IMG/VR virus record: IMGVR_UViG_3300030390_001111 | Location: 8,802-72,801 of that record | Source of the DNA: a virus | Direction: 5' to 3' (one strand) | DNA length: 64,000 bases | Shown here: one piece after another, positions 46,509 through 56,174 of the stretch | Layout of the letters: every line of letters begins with the position of its first letter | Position numbering within the stretch: position 1 is the first letter of the stretch | Translations under genes and position numbers: made by a program | The notes under the pieces: generated by a model | What the model was told of the DNA's origin: nothing | The model's database searches: none | Seen by the model: the letters and a program-made list of their open reading frames with translations, nothing else

Positions 46509-46716
46509 TGCTGTTGGCCTTTTGTGCTAAATCTTTTGCAAATTCCATTGCTGTCATTCCATTAGGATAAACTACTTCAGGTGGTAGTGCCATTAGCTTA
46601 TTGTGTGTTTCTATAATAAGTTTCTCAAACTTAGTTTTCTCTGCACATGGCGAACGCAATTGATTGTTTATTGCATTGTAGTTTGTTAATAGAAGTTGTA
46701 ATGTTTTTCTATTCAT
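46501..46716 (-). CDS. hypothetical protein
   Basis: GGAG SD. Confidence 0.55.
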   Translation of the reverse strand: MNRKTLQLLLTNYNAINNQLRSPCAEKTKFEKLIIETHNKLMALPPEVVYPNGMTAMEFAKDLAQKANSNG

Positions 46717-46886
46717 TTAAATCTCCGGTCAATCCATTTCTTTCCAATATACATTAGGCTTACTAAAACAAGTAGTCCTACTATTATTCCTGTTTCTAAA
46801 TATAGACTGCCAGTATCTTCAACTTTAATACCTTTGGTTGTTATTTCAATTCTACAGTCTTCGCATTGTTGTGTTTCATTATCCAT
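46713..46886 (-). CDS. small single-TM protein (not in ORF track)
   Basis: MDNETQQCEDCRIEITTKGIKVEDTGSLYLETGIIVGLLVLVSLMYIGKKWIDRRFK fills the gap exactly. Confidence 0.5.
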   Translation of the reverse strand: MDNETQQCEDCRIEITTKGIKVEDTGSLYLETGIIVGLLVLVSLMYIGKKWIDRRFK

Positions 46887-47136
46887 TATATATTCCCATC
46901 ATCTTTGATATAAATGCCGTGTAATCATCTTTGAACGCAAACTTTAATACACGCTTGCCTTTTCGATCATAGTATGCTTCTTGAAACCAAAAGTCTTTAT
47001 CATATTGTAAATCAAGTTGCTTTGTTAACTTACTGGTTATATCACAACAAACTTCTACAGTAGCATGATTTGTTTCTGGTGTTGACTGTGGCTTTATAAA
47101 TTCATTAAGCTCGAATTCAATATATGTTAATTTCAT
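46879..47136 (-). CDS. hypothetical protein
   Basis: ATGA overlap. Confidence 0.55.
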   Translation of the reverse strand: MKLTYIEFELNEFIKPQSTPETNHATVEVCCDITSKLTKQLDLQYDKDFWFQEAYYDRKGKRVLKFAFKDDYTAFISKMMGIYNG

Positions 47137-48272
47137 TTAATTCCTATTAACATAAACCTGTTGTAAAGGTTTGTGTCGAGTTCTCCTTCATAGTATATCT
47201 CAGTCATTGGATACTTAGACTTTACGTCTTCTATATCTTTACAACAATTAACATGTTGTTCGTTACTGAAGTAATCGTTTTGATGTAATACAACAAATGT
47301 TCCTGTTGGCAGGTTCTCATACCAAGTGTTATCCATGTGTTCACAACTTGTATTAATTACACAATTGATATTATCTAATTCTACCCAACCAAACTTATTT
47401 TCAAGTAACTCATCTTTGTCTTTAAACATTTCTGTGCGTAAATCTTCACTTATTTTTTCAATAACTGAACCTTTGTCTACAACGCCTTGTTTAATATTCT
47501 CTTCGTTTTCATCAATCCACTTATCAATTAGTTCTTGTCTTTTATTTGTTAATGCACTTTCTTGCTTTTGTATCCAGCGTTCAATTTGTTCATCACGTAG
47601 TTCATAGTTTCTATAACTAAGTTTATTACTATTCCAACGTAGCCTGTTTACATCTGTAGCAATAGGAACAAATCTATTCTCAACTGTTTCGTCATAACAT
47701 AACTTCTTACTAGGTTCTACTGTTTCTTCATTGAGGTCTAAACTGTATATTTTACCTACATTAAAGTTTTGAAATATAAAGTGTGCAGGAAAGTTATACC
47801 AACCTCCATAAAATACTACGTTACCTAAGCTACCTTCAATAACTTTTTTAAGTTCTCTAATTAACCATAGTTTACTTTGCACTTGTCCTTTACTAAAGAA
47901 GTCGTTTAGGTCTGGAACTTTTGCTCCTTCGCCTTCGTCACCACTCCAATGATTAATAAACCTTGCTGTGTTTGATAACAATGGATCTTCGTGCATATAC
48001 TTACGAATAAGTGTTACAACTAATTGTGCTTTTATTTCTATGTCTGTTAACTGTTCATGTAATAACAGATTCATCCAACTCTTTAAATGCTTTTCAGTTT
48101 CAATGTCATGTTTTTGATACAACTCTGTAAGCACATCACGTTTGCGATACCAGTTGTCGTGATACAATGCTTTGAATAATACTTCATACCTATCACCTTC
48201 GCCTATTGCATCAAAGTATTCACGTAGGCCAATTAGCCAATGATATTCTTTTTGAAAGTCTGCTTGTTTCAT
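47133..48272 (-). CDS. class I SAM-dependent methyltransferase-like protein with helical insertion
   Basis: SKGQVQSKLWL, VFYGGWY motif I, SLD, INTSCEHM, RFMLIG. Confidence 0.6.
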   Translation of the reverse strand: MKQADFQKEYHWLIGLREYFDAIGEGDRYEVLFKALYHDNWYRKRDVLTELYQKHDIETEKHLKSWMNLLLHEQLTDIEIKAQLVVTLIRKYMHEDPLLSNTARFINHWSGDEGEGAKVPDLNDFFSKGQVQSKLWLIRELKKVIEGSLGNVVFYGGWYNFPAHFIFQNFNVGKIYSLDLNEETVEPSKKLCYDETVENRFVPIATDVNRLRWNSNKLSYRNYELRDEQIERWIQKQESALTNKRQELIDKWIDENEENIKQGVVDKGSVIEKISEDLRTEMFKDKDELLENKFGWVELDNINCVINTSCEHMDNTWYENLPTGTFVVLHQNDYFSNEQHVNCCKDIEDVKSKYPMTEIYYEGELDTNLYNRFMLIGIK

Positions 48273-48976
48273 TAAAGTGCATCCTCGAATGTTTTCTTAA
48301 GCCATTCCCAATCATTAATCTTTCGTAGTGCTTCTTGATTACCTTTATAATGATTACCAAAGTCTCGCCCTTGTTGAGCTCCTAGTATTGCATACTCACC
48401 ATAGTGTCTATTCTCACCACGGGTGCACCATACTTCTAATCTATATGCATCATCTACTTGTTTTTTGTGATCAATAATACCACTAGCCATCTTAGTTCCT
48501 TCACGGAATCCACTACGCCATGTATTAAATGGATCAGTGTTAAACGCTGTAGTATTTGATATCTCAAACTTAGGTTTAAATATTGCACCAATGCTTGTAG
48601 TCATATCAACTTTAAACTCTTTAGTAGCAAGTAACTTCTTCTTGGGAAATAGTTTTAACGCACCAAATCCATATATGAGATCGTTAACAGGGTTATGACT
48701 ACGATAAGTAAATACGCATTCTGTTTCGGGAACACCTGGGTATGCCTCTCTTCTGTCACTTGGTTCAAACTTAAATTGAAAGTTCTCTTGTATGATTGCA
48801 TCTGCGTCACACACATAAAAGTAATTTGTTTTTGATAATTCTGCAGCAGCTTTGTGTGCCTCTAGTAATCCAACTACGTTGTCTACTCGCTGTGCATGTG
48901 GGGCCTTTTGTTTTAGTATCTCAAAGTTTTCGTCAGCTTCTGGCTCACCAAAAGTTAACATAATAACATCTAGCAT
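48272..48976 (-). CDS. GT-A-like glycosyltransferase
   Basis: AH.AAA, YVCDAD (DxD), NPVNDLIYG.GALKLF. Confidence 0.55.
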   Translation of the reverse strand: MLDVIMLTFGEPEADENFEILKQKAPHAQRVDNVVGLLEAHKAAAELSKTNYFYVCDADAIIQENFQFKFEPSDRREAYPGVPETECVFTYRSHNPVNDLIYGFGALKLFPKKKLLATKEFKVDMTTSIGAIFKPKFEISNTTAFNTDPFNTWRSGFREGTKMASGIIDHKKQVDDAYRLEVWCTRGENRHYGEYAILGAQQGRDFGNHYKGNQEALRKINDWEWLKKTFEDAL

Positions 48977-49101
48977 GTATTACTTCTCCGTCAATGAGTA
49001 TACTTTTGTTGCACTAATCCAGCCTAGTATAAATGAGATTGCCATCACACTTACAATTGCTAACATATGCCATAGAATAAAAGTCATATTATTTTCCTTG
49101 T

Positions 49102-49728
49102 TTAACTTTGGCGCACTGCTTCTTGGACTTCGTAGTCCAACCAATGTTCATGCACCTCTTTAATATATTTAGTGTTACTATCTTGCTTTAGAATTTCATC
49201 CATGTCTGCGTTCCAAAAAGCAATAGGCCAATCTATTTCTCTGCTTAGTTGTTCCAAATAGTTTTGCCTATATAACTGCAATAGTTCTTGACTTAAAAAG
49301 TAACAGTTTTGTGTTTCAAATAACCAGTTAAAAGATTGCAATGCAATAGGAGTAGTTTCTTTACCTCGCACTCTTTTTTGTTGGTTGCGTAAAATATTTT
49401 GATCTCTACCAATTATACCTATATCAATTTTATCTACATACTCTTGTGCATGTTCAATAAACTCAACATAATTAGGTATAACAGGCTGTTGATCTTTAAA
49501 GTATGGACTGCTAACACTGGTTACAAAGTATTCACGTTGATTCCAGTCAAAGTTGTCTAACTTAGATGGATCTTCCCAATACTCTGCAAAGGGTTCGTGG
49601 TGATGCCCTTCCCAATATCTATTGAGCAATGTCTTCCATCCAAAGACGTCCTCATGTAATGCTAAACATTTACTAAACAAATGATTACCACTACCTTGAG
49701 GTCCTGTAATTATCAATAGCCTACTCAT
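49102..49728 (-). CDS. P-loop / sulfotransferase-like protein
   Basis: IITGPQGSGNHLFSK...H.DV, HEPF, IGRD. Confidence 0.45.
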   Translation of the reverse strand: MSRLLIITGPQGSGNHLFSKCLALHEDVFGWKTLLNRYWEGHHHEPFAEYWEDPSKLDNFDWNQREYFVTSVSSPYFKDQQPVIPNYVEFIEHAQEYVDKIDIGIIGRDQNILRNQQKRVRGKETTPIALQSFNWLFETQNCYFLSQELLQLYRQNYLEQLSREIDWPIAFWNADMDEILKQDSNTKYIKEVHEHWLDYEVQEAVRQS

Positions 49729-49770
49729 TATATAATAATACACTAGAATAGCTACTTTGTCAAGCAGCTA

Positions 49771-50280
49771 TTACTGTGCTAATGGGTTGTCTAATGCTCT
49801 TTGTAGTCTTAGATTAAGTCTTTGTTCTAGTTCTTTAAGTTTAATATCGGTACTATTACGTAAACTGTCAGCTTTTTGTTCGTAATCTGTTAACAACTGA
49901 TCACGTTTGTTTTCAAAACGTTGGTCAGCTAATGTTAATAGTTCACGTGTATCTTCTTCAGTTTTGTTGACATCATCTTCTACTTGATCAACTATACGTT
50001 CTAGTCTAACGATATCATCACGTAATCCGTTTTTAATATCTTTAGAATAGTCTAGTGCTTCATCTAGCTTAGTATTAACTACTGCTAGTTCCGATCTAAT
50101 TCCACTCAAGTCTGGTGCTACATACTTTTCTATTTTAGCTTTCATCATTCTATAGTCATTATAGAACTCAAAGCCTCCCCAAGCTGCTCCGCCTAGGGTA
50201 GTTAGAATAGTTATAACTAGAAACAGTTTCCCACCAGTGAACTTTACTCCACCTACTTCTACTGTTGTTTTATCACTCAT
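49771..50280 (-). CDS. membrane-anchored coiled-coil protein
   Basis: N-terminal TM, heptad-rich body, ALDNPLA end. Confidence 0.65.
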   Translation of the reverse strand: MSDKTTVEVGGVKFTGGKLFLVITILTTLGGAAWGGFEFYNDYRMMKAKIEKYVAPDLSGIRSELAVVNTKLDEALDYSKDIKNGLRDDIVRLERIVDQVEDDVNKTEEDTRELLTLADQRFENKRDQLLTDYEQKADSLRNSTDIKLKELEQRLNLRLQRALDNPLAQ

Positions 50281-50291
50281 TACTTTATTCC

Positions 50292-50621
50292 TTATTTCTT
50301 TTTAGTTGTTTTCTTAGCTGGCTTCTTAGCTGCTAGTTTCTTTGTTTCTTTTAACTTTTTATCTAATGCATAGTCTTTTCTAGTGCCACGTATTGCTGGC
50401 TCTTTCTTTGCTTTAGTCTTTGCTTTAGTCTTTGCTTTAGTCTTTGCTTTAGTCTTAACTGGTGCTTTACCACCTTCCCATGCTTCATTGACATCTGGTG
50501 TAGACTTATCGTCTGCTTTGTATTTGCCTTTAACTCTTGCACGTTTAGGTGTTGTTGGTCCGTTCCCTTTTCCAAAGAAAAGTTCGGTTAAACTTGGCCA
50601 GTCTTTAATTGCTTTCCACAT
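50292..50621 (-). CDS. Lys/Ala-rich basic protein
   Basis: RAR.KGKYKADD.STPDVNEAW followed by KAKT repeats. Confidence 0.65.
   Translation of the reverse strand: MWKAIKDWPSLTELFFGKGNGPTTPKRARVKGKYKADDKSTPDVNEAWEGGKAPVKTKAKTKAKTKAKTKAKKEPAIRGTRKDYALDKKLKETKKLAAKKPAKKTTKKK
50406..50456. repeat. 12-bp tandem repeat x4 encoding TKAK
   Basis: ctttgctttagt repeated four times perfectly. Confidence 0.9.
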
Positions 50622-51039
50622 CTTTATTCTCCTTTTTTGATACTCCTGAACACATACGTTTTACTTCAGCAAACTCTTCACCTAGCTCAAGGCCTTGATA
50701 CCTTGCACAAAGTTTAAGCATTTCTAACTGTTGCTTTAGTAATTCATTTGTCATCATTGTTTTTTTATATTTTTTAGTGCAAGTTGAACCCAATGGTATT
50801 GACAACCTAATGCCAAATCTCAATGAGTCTCTGTCACTGTCGTTGTTATAGCTAGAGTCACCGCCGTTGATAGATAAACTATCTTCTGTAGTTTTTTCTA
50901 TGTATGGTTCTAGTGTTGCTGATTGACAATGGCCGCCATAATTGTTTAAATATTCATTGGCAGCCTTTGCTGGTTTGCTCCAAAAAGCCATTACAACTGC
51001 AACTACAATAAGAATACCAAAATACATATATTTGTTCAT
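50605..51039 (-). CDS. secreted hypothetical protein
   Basis: Signal peptide ending AKA; four Cys. Confidence 0.65.
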   Translation of the reverse strand: MNKYMYFGILIVVAVVMAFWSKPAKAANEYLNNYGGHCQSATLEPYIEKTTEDSLSINGGDSSYNNDSDRDSLRFGIRLSIPLGSTCTKKYKKTMMTNELLKQQLEMLKLCARYQGLELGEEFAEVKRMCSGVSKKENKDVESN

Positions 51040-51040
51040 T

Positions 51041-51493
51041 TTAGTATCCTCCGTTGAGTTGTCTTTGCATCTCTTTCAAGTCATATTTCAATTGAACAAT
51101 TGAATCATTCAACTTATAATAACTTTGTTCCATTGCTCGTAGTTCAGCTTCACTTGCCAGTTTATACTGACCATCTCTTAGTGATTCTGCTAATACTTGT
51201 ATTCTTGCAATCTGTGTAGCAAAGTTAGTCATCTCAATAAGCATTTCTTCACGTCCTTGCTTATACAACTCATTAACAGCCTTTAAACGAATGTCTAGTT
51301 TTTCTACTTCACTATTCATCATTGTGTCTAACGATTGAAAATCATTTTTAGTTGACATTTGCATAGATGCAATGTGTTTTTCATTTGTTTCTATTGTATT
51401 CTGCAACCCGGTTACATATTGTAAACCTCCATACAGTGATGCCACCACGGCTGCAACTGCTGGTATGATTGCTAAATATTTTAATAATCCCAT
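51041..51493 (-). CDS. membrane-anchored coiled-coil protein
   Basis: N-terminal TM and heptads. Confidence 0.65.
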   Translation of the reverse strand: MGLLKYLAIIPAVAAVVASLYGGLQYVTGLQNTIETNEKHIASMQMSTKNDFQSLDTMMNSEVEKLDIRLKAVNELYKQGREEMLIEMTNFATQIARIQVLAESLRDGQYKLASEAELRAMEQSYYKLNDSIVQLKYDLKEMQRQLNGGY

Positions 51494-51497
51494 ATCT

Positions 51498-51833
51498 CTA
51501 CTCCTTTAATTTAAATTCAAACTGAAAGCCTACTACGACTCCAGTTCTATCATCTTCTAATGCTGGCATTATGAATAGGTTTTTATAACGTAGCCGTGCC
51601 ATAGGCACTACATCGTAATGATATCCTGTTACTACTCCAACATCTAGTGTTATGTCGTTAGTTAAGTCATACTTAACTCCACCAACTACACTCCACTTAT
51701 CTAAACTGTTATAGTATACTCCTCCTATAACATCTTCAGTTTCACACATGAGATATGGGTGTTTCTGATTATATTTGTTTTCTAGTCCTGCATGTAAACT
51801 TAGGGCAAGTCCTAATACTAAACAATTTAACAT
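51498..51833 (-). CDS. small beta-strand-rich protein, possible outer-membrane barrel
   Basis: SLH...YN..HP...GVYYNS...GVVTGY...P; alternating beta pattern. Confidence 0.5.
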   Translation of the reverse strand: MLNCLVLGLALSLHAGLENKYNQKHPYLMCETEDVIGGVYYNSLDKWSVVGGVKYDLTNDITLDVGVVTGYHYDVVPMARLRYKNLFIMPALEDDRTGVVVGFQFEFKLKE

Positions 51834-54388
51834 TATTCCATTCCTTCGTATTGCATGTCTACCATGTCATTCCATTTTAATTCACTTGCAAGACCATTAC
51901 GTAATGCACGTTGATTCTCTGGAATCTTTTTATCTTTATAAATCTCATCTGAATTATAAAAGTCTACTCCAGGTATTGCTAATTCACCATAAGCATTAAA
52001 TCCTGGAACATAGTTAATCAATGCTGCAATAATACGTTGAAGCGCCTGTTGTGCCTCAAGTGATGTTGCTTTGCCTTGATCTTCTGCAAGTTTTTTAAGT
52101 TTGTCTTTGATAATCTCTTTCATCTTTTTACGTTTAGCCGCTTCCTTTTCTTTCTTGGATAGCTTCTTAACTTTCTTAGGCTTTGATTCAGCTACTTTTT
52201 TATCCTTTGTTTCTTCCGTTGTTTCTTCCTTTGACTCTTCTGAATTTTCTTCTTCACTTTCATCTTCTTCGGTAGCTTCTTCATTGCTTTCTTCTTCAGT
52301 AGTTTCTTCTTCCTCTGTGCTTTCTTCTTCAGTTGATTCCTCTTCGGTCTCTTCTGTAGCCTCTTCCTCTGTGCTTTCTTCAGCTTCTTCCTCAGCCTCA
52401 GTTTCTTCTACTGCTTCTTCTTGGGTTGATTCTTCTTCGGTGGTATCTCCTTCAGGTACCTCATCGGAACTTGTATCGTCTGTTCCGCTTTCGTTATTGT
52501 CCTCGTCTGCCCTGGAATCTCCATCCACTGACTGTTCCACATCACCACCGGACTCTTCTTCTCCCTGCGTCTCATTTGGCATCTCCACTTCTGGCTCAAT
52601 TTCTAACTCTACCTCTGGCAAAGATAATTCTAATTCTATTTGTTGTTCTACTTCTAATTCTATTTGTTCTACTTCACCTAACGGTTCTGGAACTGTTATA
52701 GTATTGTCTATTGTTCCTATGTTAGGTAATTCAATTGTTGGCAACTCTATTACTATCTCAGGCTCTGGTTCTGGTTCTGGCTCTGGCATAGGCTCTGGTA
52801 TCACTGGTAATACTATAATTGGCGTCACTGGTGTTGTAATTACACTATCAACAATACTATCACCTGTTCCTGTTCCAATATCACTTGTGTCAGTTTCAAT
52901 AATTGGTGCTACATAACCTGGGCACTGCGAATCATACTGTGAGTTATAACTACACTGCTGATTTAAGTATGCTGTATCGTATCCTGCACAACCTGGACTA
53001 TGTGTTGCATCTAAAATACATTGCTGTTCAAAGTATGCCTCTTCGTATCCTGTGCATGATTCATCATGTGTTGAGTCTAAGGCACATTGTTGTGTTAGGT
53101 AAGCGGCATCATATCCTTCACACGCACTATCGTATAATACACTTATGCCACATTGCTGTGTTAGATAAGCAGCGGCATATCCATCACATCCACTGTCGTA
53201 TAATGCACTTATGCCACACTGTTGGTTGTAGTAGGCTGATGCATACCCATCACATGCAATAGAATATAATGCACTTATGCCACACTGTTGAGACAAGTAA
53301 GCTGCTTCGTATCCATTACATCCACTATCATATAATGCACTTATACCACACTGTTGATTGTAGTATGCGGTTGCATAGCCCGAGCACCCACTATCATATA
53401 ATGCACTTATGCCACATTGTTGACTGTAGTATGCTTCTGCATATCCGTCACAGCCACTATCGTGGAGTGGACTATAACTACATTGTGCATTGTAATATGC
53501 TGTTGCATAACCTGGGCACCCACTATCATATAATGCATCTGCACTACAATTTTGATCATATTGTTGAGCCGCATATGCTGTTGCATAACCTGGACAACTA
53601 GGATCATAAAGGGCTGTATCGTTACAAGGGTTTGCTCTATAAGTAAACCAAGTTTTTAAATTTTTTATAATAGGACCGTAGTAACCATCCCAATTACCTT
53701 TGTCGTATCCATTAATTCTAAACCTCACATCACCAACAGCATTTGGTGTGCGTATTGTTCCTACTTTATCTATGTGATTGTAAATTTCTATATTGCCTGA
53801 GTGAATCTGCCAAGTTGTGGATGTGGAATCTGTGGTTTCACTATTACTATGAGCGTTAGTGCTTAGATAATCATACCACTTATCCATAGTCCATGTTTTA
53901 GTTTCAACTACGTTACCATTACTATCTGTTACTTCGACAACTACAACCAATTCGTCCCAATAGGTATCATCAGTAATCTCACCGGTAGTAGTGTTTACTC
54001 TATCTTCAATATCTGTATTACAGAATTTGCCAGGTTCATTAAAACAATGTATATACCTCCATGAGTAATGAACTTTGTCTATGCTAACGCCAGTGCCTGA
54101 TAATGCTTGATTGATTGCATATGATACTGCGAATGTGTTGACACACTCACCAAAACGTAAGGTGCTTCCTGATCCATATACATATGCTGCTGAGGTGCCA
54201 GACGGACATCCACCGGACGGACTAGTAATAGTTCCGTCATCCAAGTCTGGGCCTTGATTTTGGTTAGTCCATGTGGATTGACCTCCACCGGGTGGATTAG
54301 TATCTGCGTATATTATGCTACTAAAGAAGAAGCAAATACAACAGAACACCAATACCCACAGCCTTTTTGGCGCCATCGAGTTGGTCAT
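51833..54388 (-). CDS. large secreted protein with Cys/Tyr-rich tandem repeats and an acidic stalk
   Basis: Signal peptide, about 11 x 22-aa repeats, PE repeats, Glu-rich region, basic segment. Confidence 0.8.
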   Translation of the reverse strand: MTNSMAPKRLWVLVFCCICFFFSSIIYADTNPPGGGQSTWTNQNQGPDLDDGTITSPSGGCPSGTSAAYVYGSGSTLRFGECVNTFAVSYAINQALSGTGVSIDKVHYSWRYIHCFNEPGKFCNTDIEDRVNTTTGEITDDTYWDELVVVVEVTDSNGNVVETKTWTMDKWYDYLSTNAHSNSETTDSTSTTWQIHSGNIEIYNHIDKVGTIRTPNAVGDVRFRINGYDKGNWDGYYGPIIKNLKTWFTYRANPCNDTALYDPSCPGYATAYAAQQYDQNCSADALYDSGCPGYATAYYNAQCSYSPLHDSGCDGYAEAYYSQQCGISALYDSGCSGYATAYYNQQCGISALYDSGCNGYEAAYLSQQCGISALYSIACDGYASAYYNQQCGISALYDSGCDGYAAAYLTQQCGISVLYDSACEGYDAAYLTQQCALDSTHDESCTGYEEAYFEQQCILDATHSPGCAGYDTAYLNQQCSYNSQYDSQCPGYVAPIIETDTSDIGTGTGDSIVDSVITTPVTPIIVLPVIPEPMPEPEPEPEPEIVIELPTIELPNIGTIDNTITVPEPLGEVEQIELEVEQQIELELSLPEVELEIEPEVEMPNETQGEEESGGDVEQSVDGDSRADEDNNESGTDDTSSDEVPEGDTTEEESTQEEAVEETEAEEEAEESTEEEATEETEEESTEEESTEEEETTEEESNEEATEEDESEEENSEESKEETTEETKDKKVAESKPKKVKKLSKKEKEAAKRKKMKEIIKDKLKKLAEDQGKATSLEAQQALQRIIAALINYVPGFNAYGELAIPGVDFYNSDEIYKDKKIPENQRALRNGLASELKWNDMVDMQYEGME
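52910..53630 (-). repeat. degenerate 66-bp coding tandem repeat (about 11 units)
   Basis: Consensus ALYDSGCxGYAxAYYxQQCGIS; recurring taatgcacttatgccaca in the DNA. Confidence 0.9.
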
Positions 54389-54875
54389 TTTGACGTTGCT
54401 CCTTTATTTTGTTTTCTGGTCTTTTCTCTGGTGCGGCTTCCCAACTTGCTTGGGCCTCTTCACCAATTTTACCAAAATACGGACAAGGAGTTCCTGCCAT
54501 TTCCATTGCATTGAATACACGTTCATCTTGACACATAATACTGACGGCTGCAACCTTCATGCCCATGTCGTAGATTGTTTTGGCTAGCTTTAAACGTTCA
54601 CAATTTAAATCGCGAACAGTAGATCCGCCACTGATACCAAGTATCTGTGTTTGAACTGCACCTGAAATACCTACTGTGCATAAGTCACTGTTGCTACTAT
54701 TGATGCTTGGTGATATTGCACTAGGCGGTGGACTCTTTACTGTTGTTTTGTTGTCACCTGTTGTTGTGACTGTGCTGTTACTCGTTGAATTTGTTACTAT
54801 TGGATCTGCAGCGAGTGCCGATGTCATTCCAAATGCTATTGTCATGACGATTAAAAATGTTTTTATGTTTCTCAT
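54321..54875 (-). CDS. secreted Cys-containing protein with hydrophobic C-terminus
   Basis: Signal peptide ending ALA, PPPSAISP, DLCTVG...NCERLKL...MCQD...TPCP. Confidence 0.7.
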   Translation of the reverse strand: MRNIKTFLIVMTIAFGMTSALAADPIVTNSTSNSTVTTTGDNKTTVKSPPPSAISPSINSSNSDLCTVGISGAVQTQILGISGGSTVRDLNCERLKLAKTIYDMGMKVAAVSIMCQDERVFNAMEMAGTPCPYFGKIGEEAQASWEAAPEKRPENKIKEQRQNDQLDGAKKAVGIGVLLYLLLL

Positions 54876-54951
54876 CTGCATTTCCTTCTTAATTAAGTTC
54901 GAAATCTTCATAGATTATTGCTTTGTGAATATTTCATTCACTTTCGTGCTG

Positions 54952-54959
54952 TATTTATA
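54952..54959 (-). promoter_or_regulatory. T4-type late promoter box
   Basis: Exact TATAAATA on the minus strand heading the secreted-protein block. Confidence 0.6.
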
Positions 54960-55011
54960 ACTATTGTTAATTCTATTAACTAATAGTTTAATACTATGCA
55001 TTATATTTATC

Positions 55012-55047
55012 AAAAGAAAAGGACGATACATTTCTGCACCGTCCTTT
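55012..55047 (-). terminator. intrinsic terminator after the tctC-like gene
   Basis: AAAGGACGGTGCA-loop-TGTATCGTCCTTTTCTTTT. Confidence 0.8.
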
Positions 55048-55084
55048 AATGTAACTTGCGTTACGTTCCTAAGGTAGTTAGGAC

Positions 55085-56158
55085 TTATTGAGGGATAACA
55101 TCTTCTTTGAAGATTGCATCTTTACCTGTAAACTTCAAGAAGTCAACTAGGTTAGCATATGTATCACGCTCGATTTGGTTACGTAAAATATCTAGTGCGC
55201 CTTTCATATCGTCACCGATAATCCAGTCATACTTTCCAGTTTTTACATAAATCTTTGCCATTGACTCTGGGTCTGCTGCCATGGCACGGAATGCCGCAAC
55301 AAGAGCCGGAGTGTTTGGGTTATCTTTTTGTGTCCACAATGCTTTTTGCATTACGTCACGGAAGTTACGAACTAGTTCGAAAGCATTCCAGAATTCACCT
55401 GATGGTGCTTCGCCCCATTTTTGTTCAAACACTTCGTGTATTGATTGATTAGGCCAGTTTGGATCTGCATCAATTTCACCTGTTTCCAAGTTGAATACAC
55501 CTTGTGAGAACCATACAGTTGAGTAAGGAGCATCAGTATAATACTTGTTATAAGCTGCTGTTGACTCACGTGTTACGTTAAGCTCACCACGTTGGTAAGA
55601 CAATCTACGCTCTCCGCCTGACATACCTTTGATATATCTGTATTGAGTGTTAAAGATTTCTTTACCTTGCTCCATAGTTAGACCTGGTCCACCTTTAAGT
55701 AAGATGTGTGCCATCATGTCTGGATTCATACCTGAACCAGCTGAGAACAAAATCTCATCTGTGTATGGGTCAATTGACTTTTGGTGACCATTAATAATAG
55801 TCAAGTTCATCATACCAATTGGATCATACTGATAGTAATCATAGTCTACGTCATCTACTAGATAACTTACACCATTACCACCGTGTGATACCATTACAAC
55901 TTTTGGATCTGATTGCAAGTCGTTGTGGAACTTGTTGAATCCAGGAATATCATTTGCACCTGGAATGTTAATGATCTTGATTTTTTCACCTAAGTGCTTC
56001 TCAAGTTCTTTGGCAACAATTGCTGTCCATACAGACGTTCCTGATCCAGGCTTCTGTGGGACAACAAATGTGTAGTCTGCTACTGCTGGTGCAGAGTATC
56101 CTACTAGTAATGACATTGCAAGTGCTAATGCCATTAAAGGTTTCTTTAGTTGTTTCAT
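55085..56158 (-). CDS. tripartite tricarboxylate transporter substrate-binding protein (TctC/Bug-like)
   Basis: Signal peptide, FVVPQKPGSGT, INIPGA, G.SGGERRL...RGELN; adjacent to a TctA-like gene. Confidence 0.72.
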   Translation of the reverse strand: MKQLKKPLMALALAMSLLVGYSAPAVADYTFVVPQKPGSGTSVWTAIVAKELEKHLGEKIKIINIPGANDIPGFNKFHNDLQSDPKVVMVSHGGNGVSYLVDDVDYDYYQYDPIGMMNLTIINGHQKSIDPYTDEILFSAGSGMNPDMMAHILLKGGPGLTMEQGKEIFNTQYRYIKGMSGGERRLSYQRGELNVTRESTAAYNKYYTDAPYSTVWFSQGVFNLETGEIDADPNWPNQSIHEVFEQKWGEAPSGEFWNAFELVRNFRDVMQKALWTQKDNPNTPALVAAFRAMAADPESMAKIYVKTGKYDWIIGDDMKGALDILRNQIERDTYANLVDFLKFTGKDAIFKEDVIPQ

Positions 56159-56174
56159 ATTTTTCTCCTTTGAT

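Noticed and set aside
52101-52916. 271-aa Ser-rich plus-strand ORF
   Set aside because: Antisense shadow of the Glu-rich stalk (GAA codons read as TCT/TTC on the other strand).
52910-53630. Regular 66-bp periodicity resembling a CRISPR array
   Set aside because: Units are degenerate, in frame and vary mainly at codon level within an 851-aa ORF; there is no invariant repeat with unique spacers and no cas gene.
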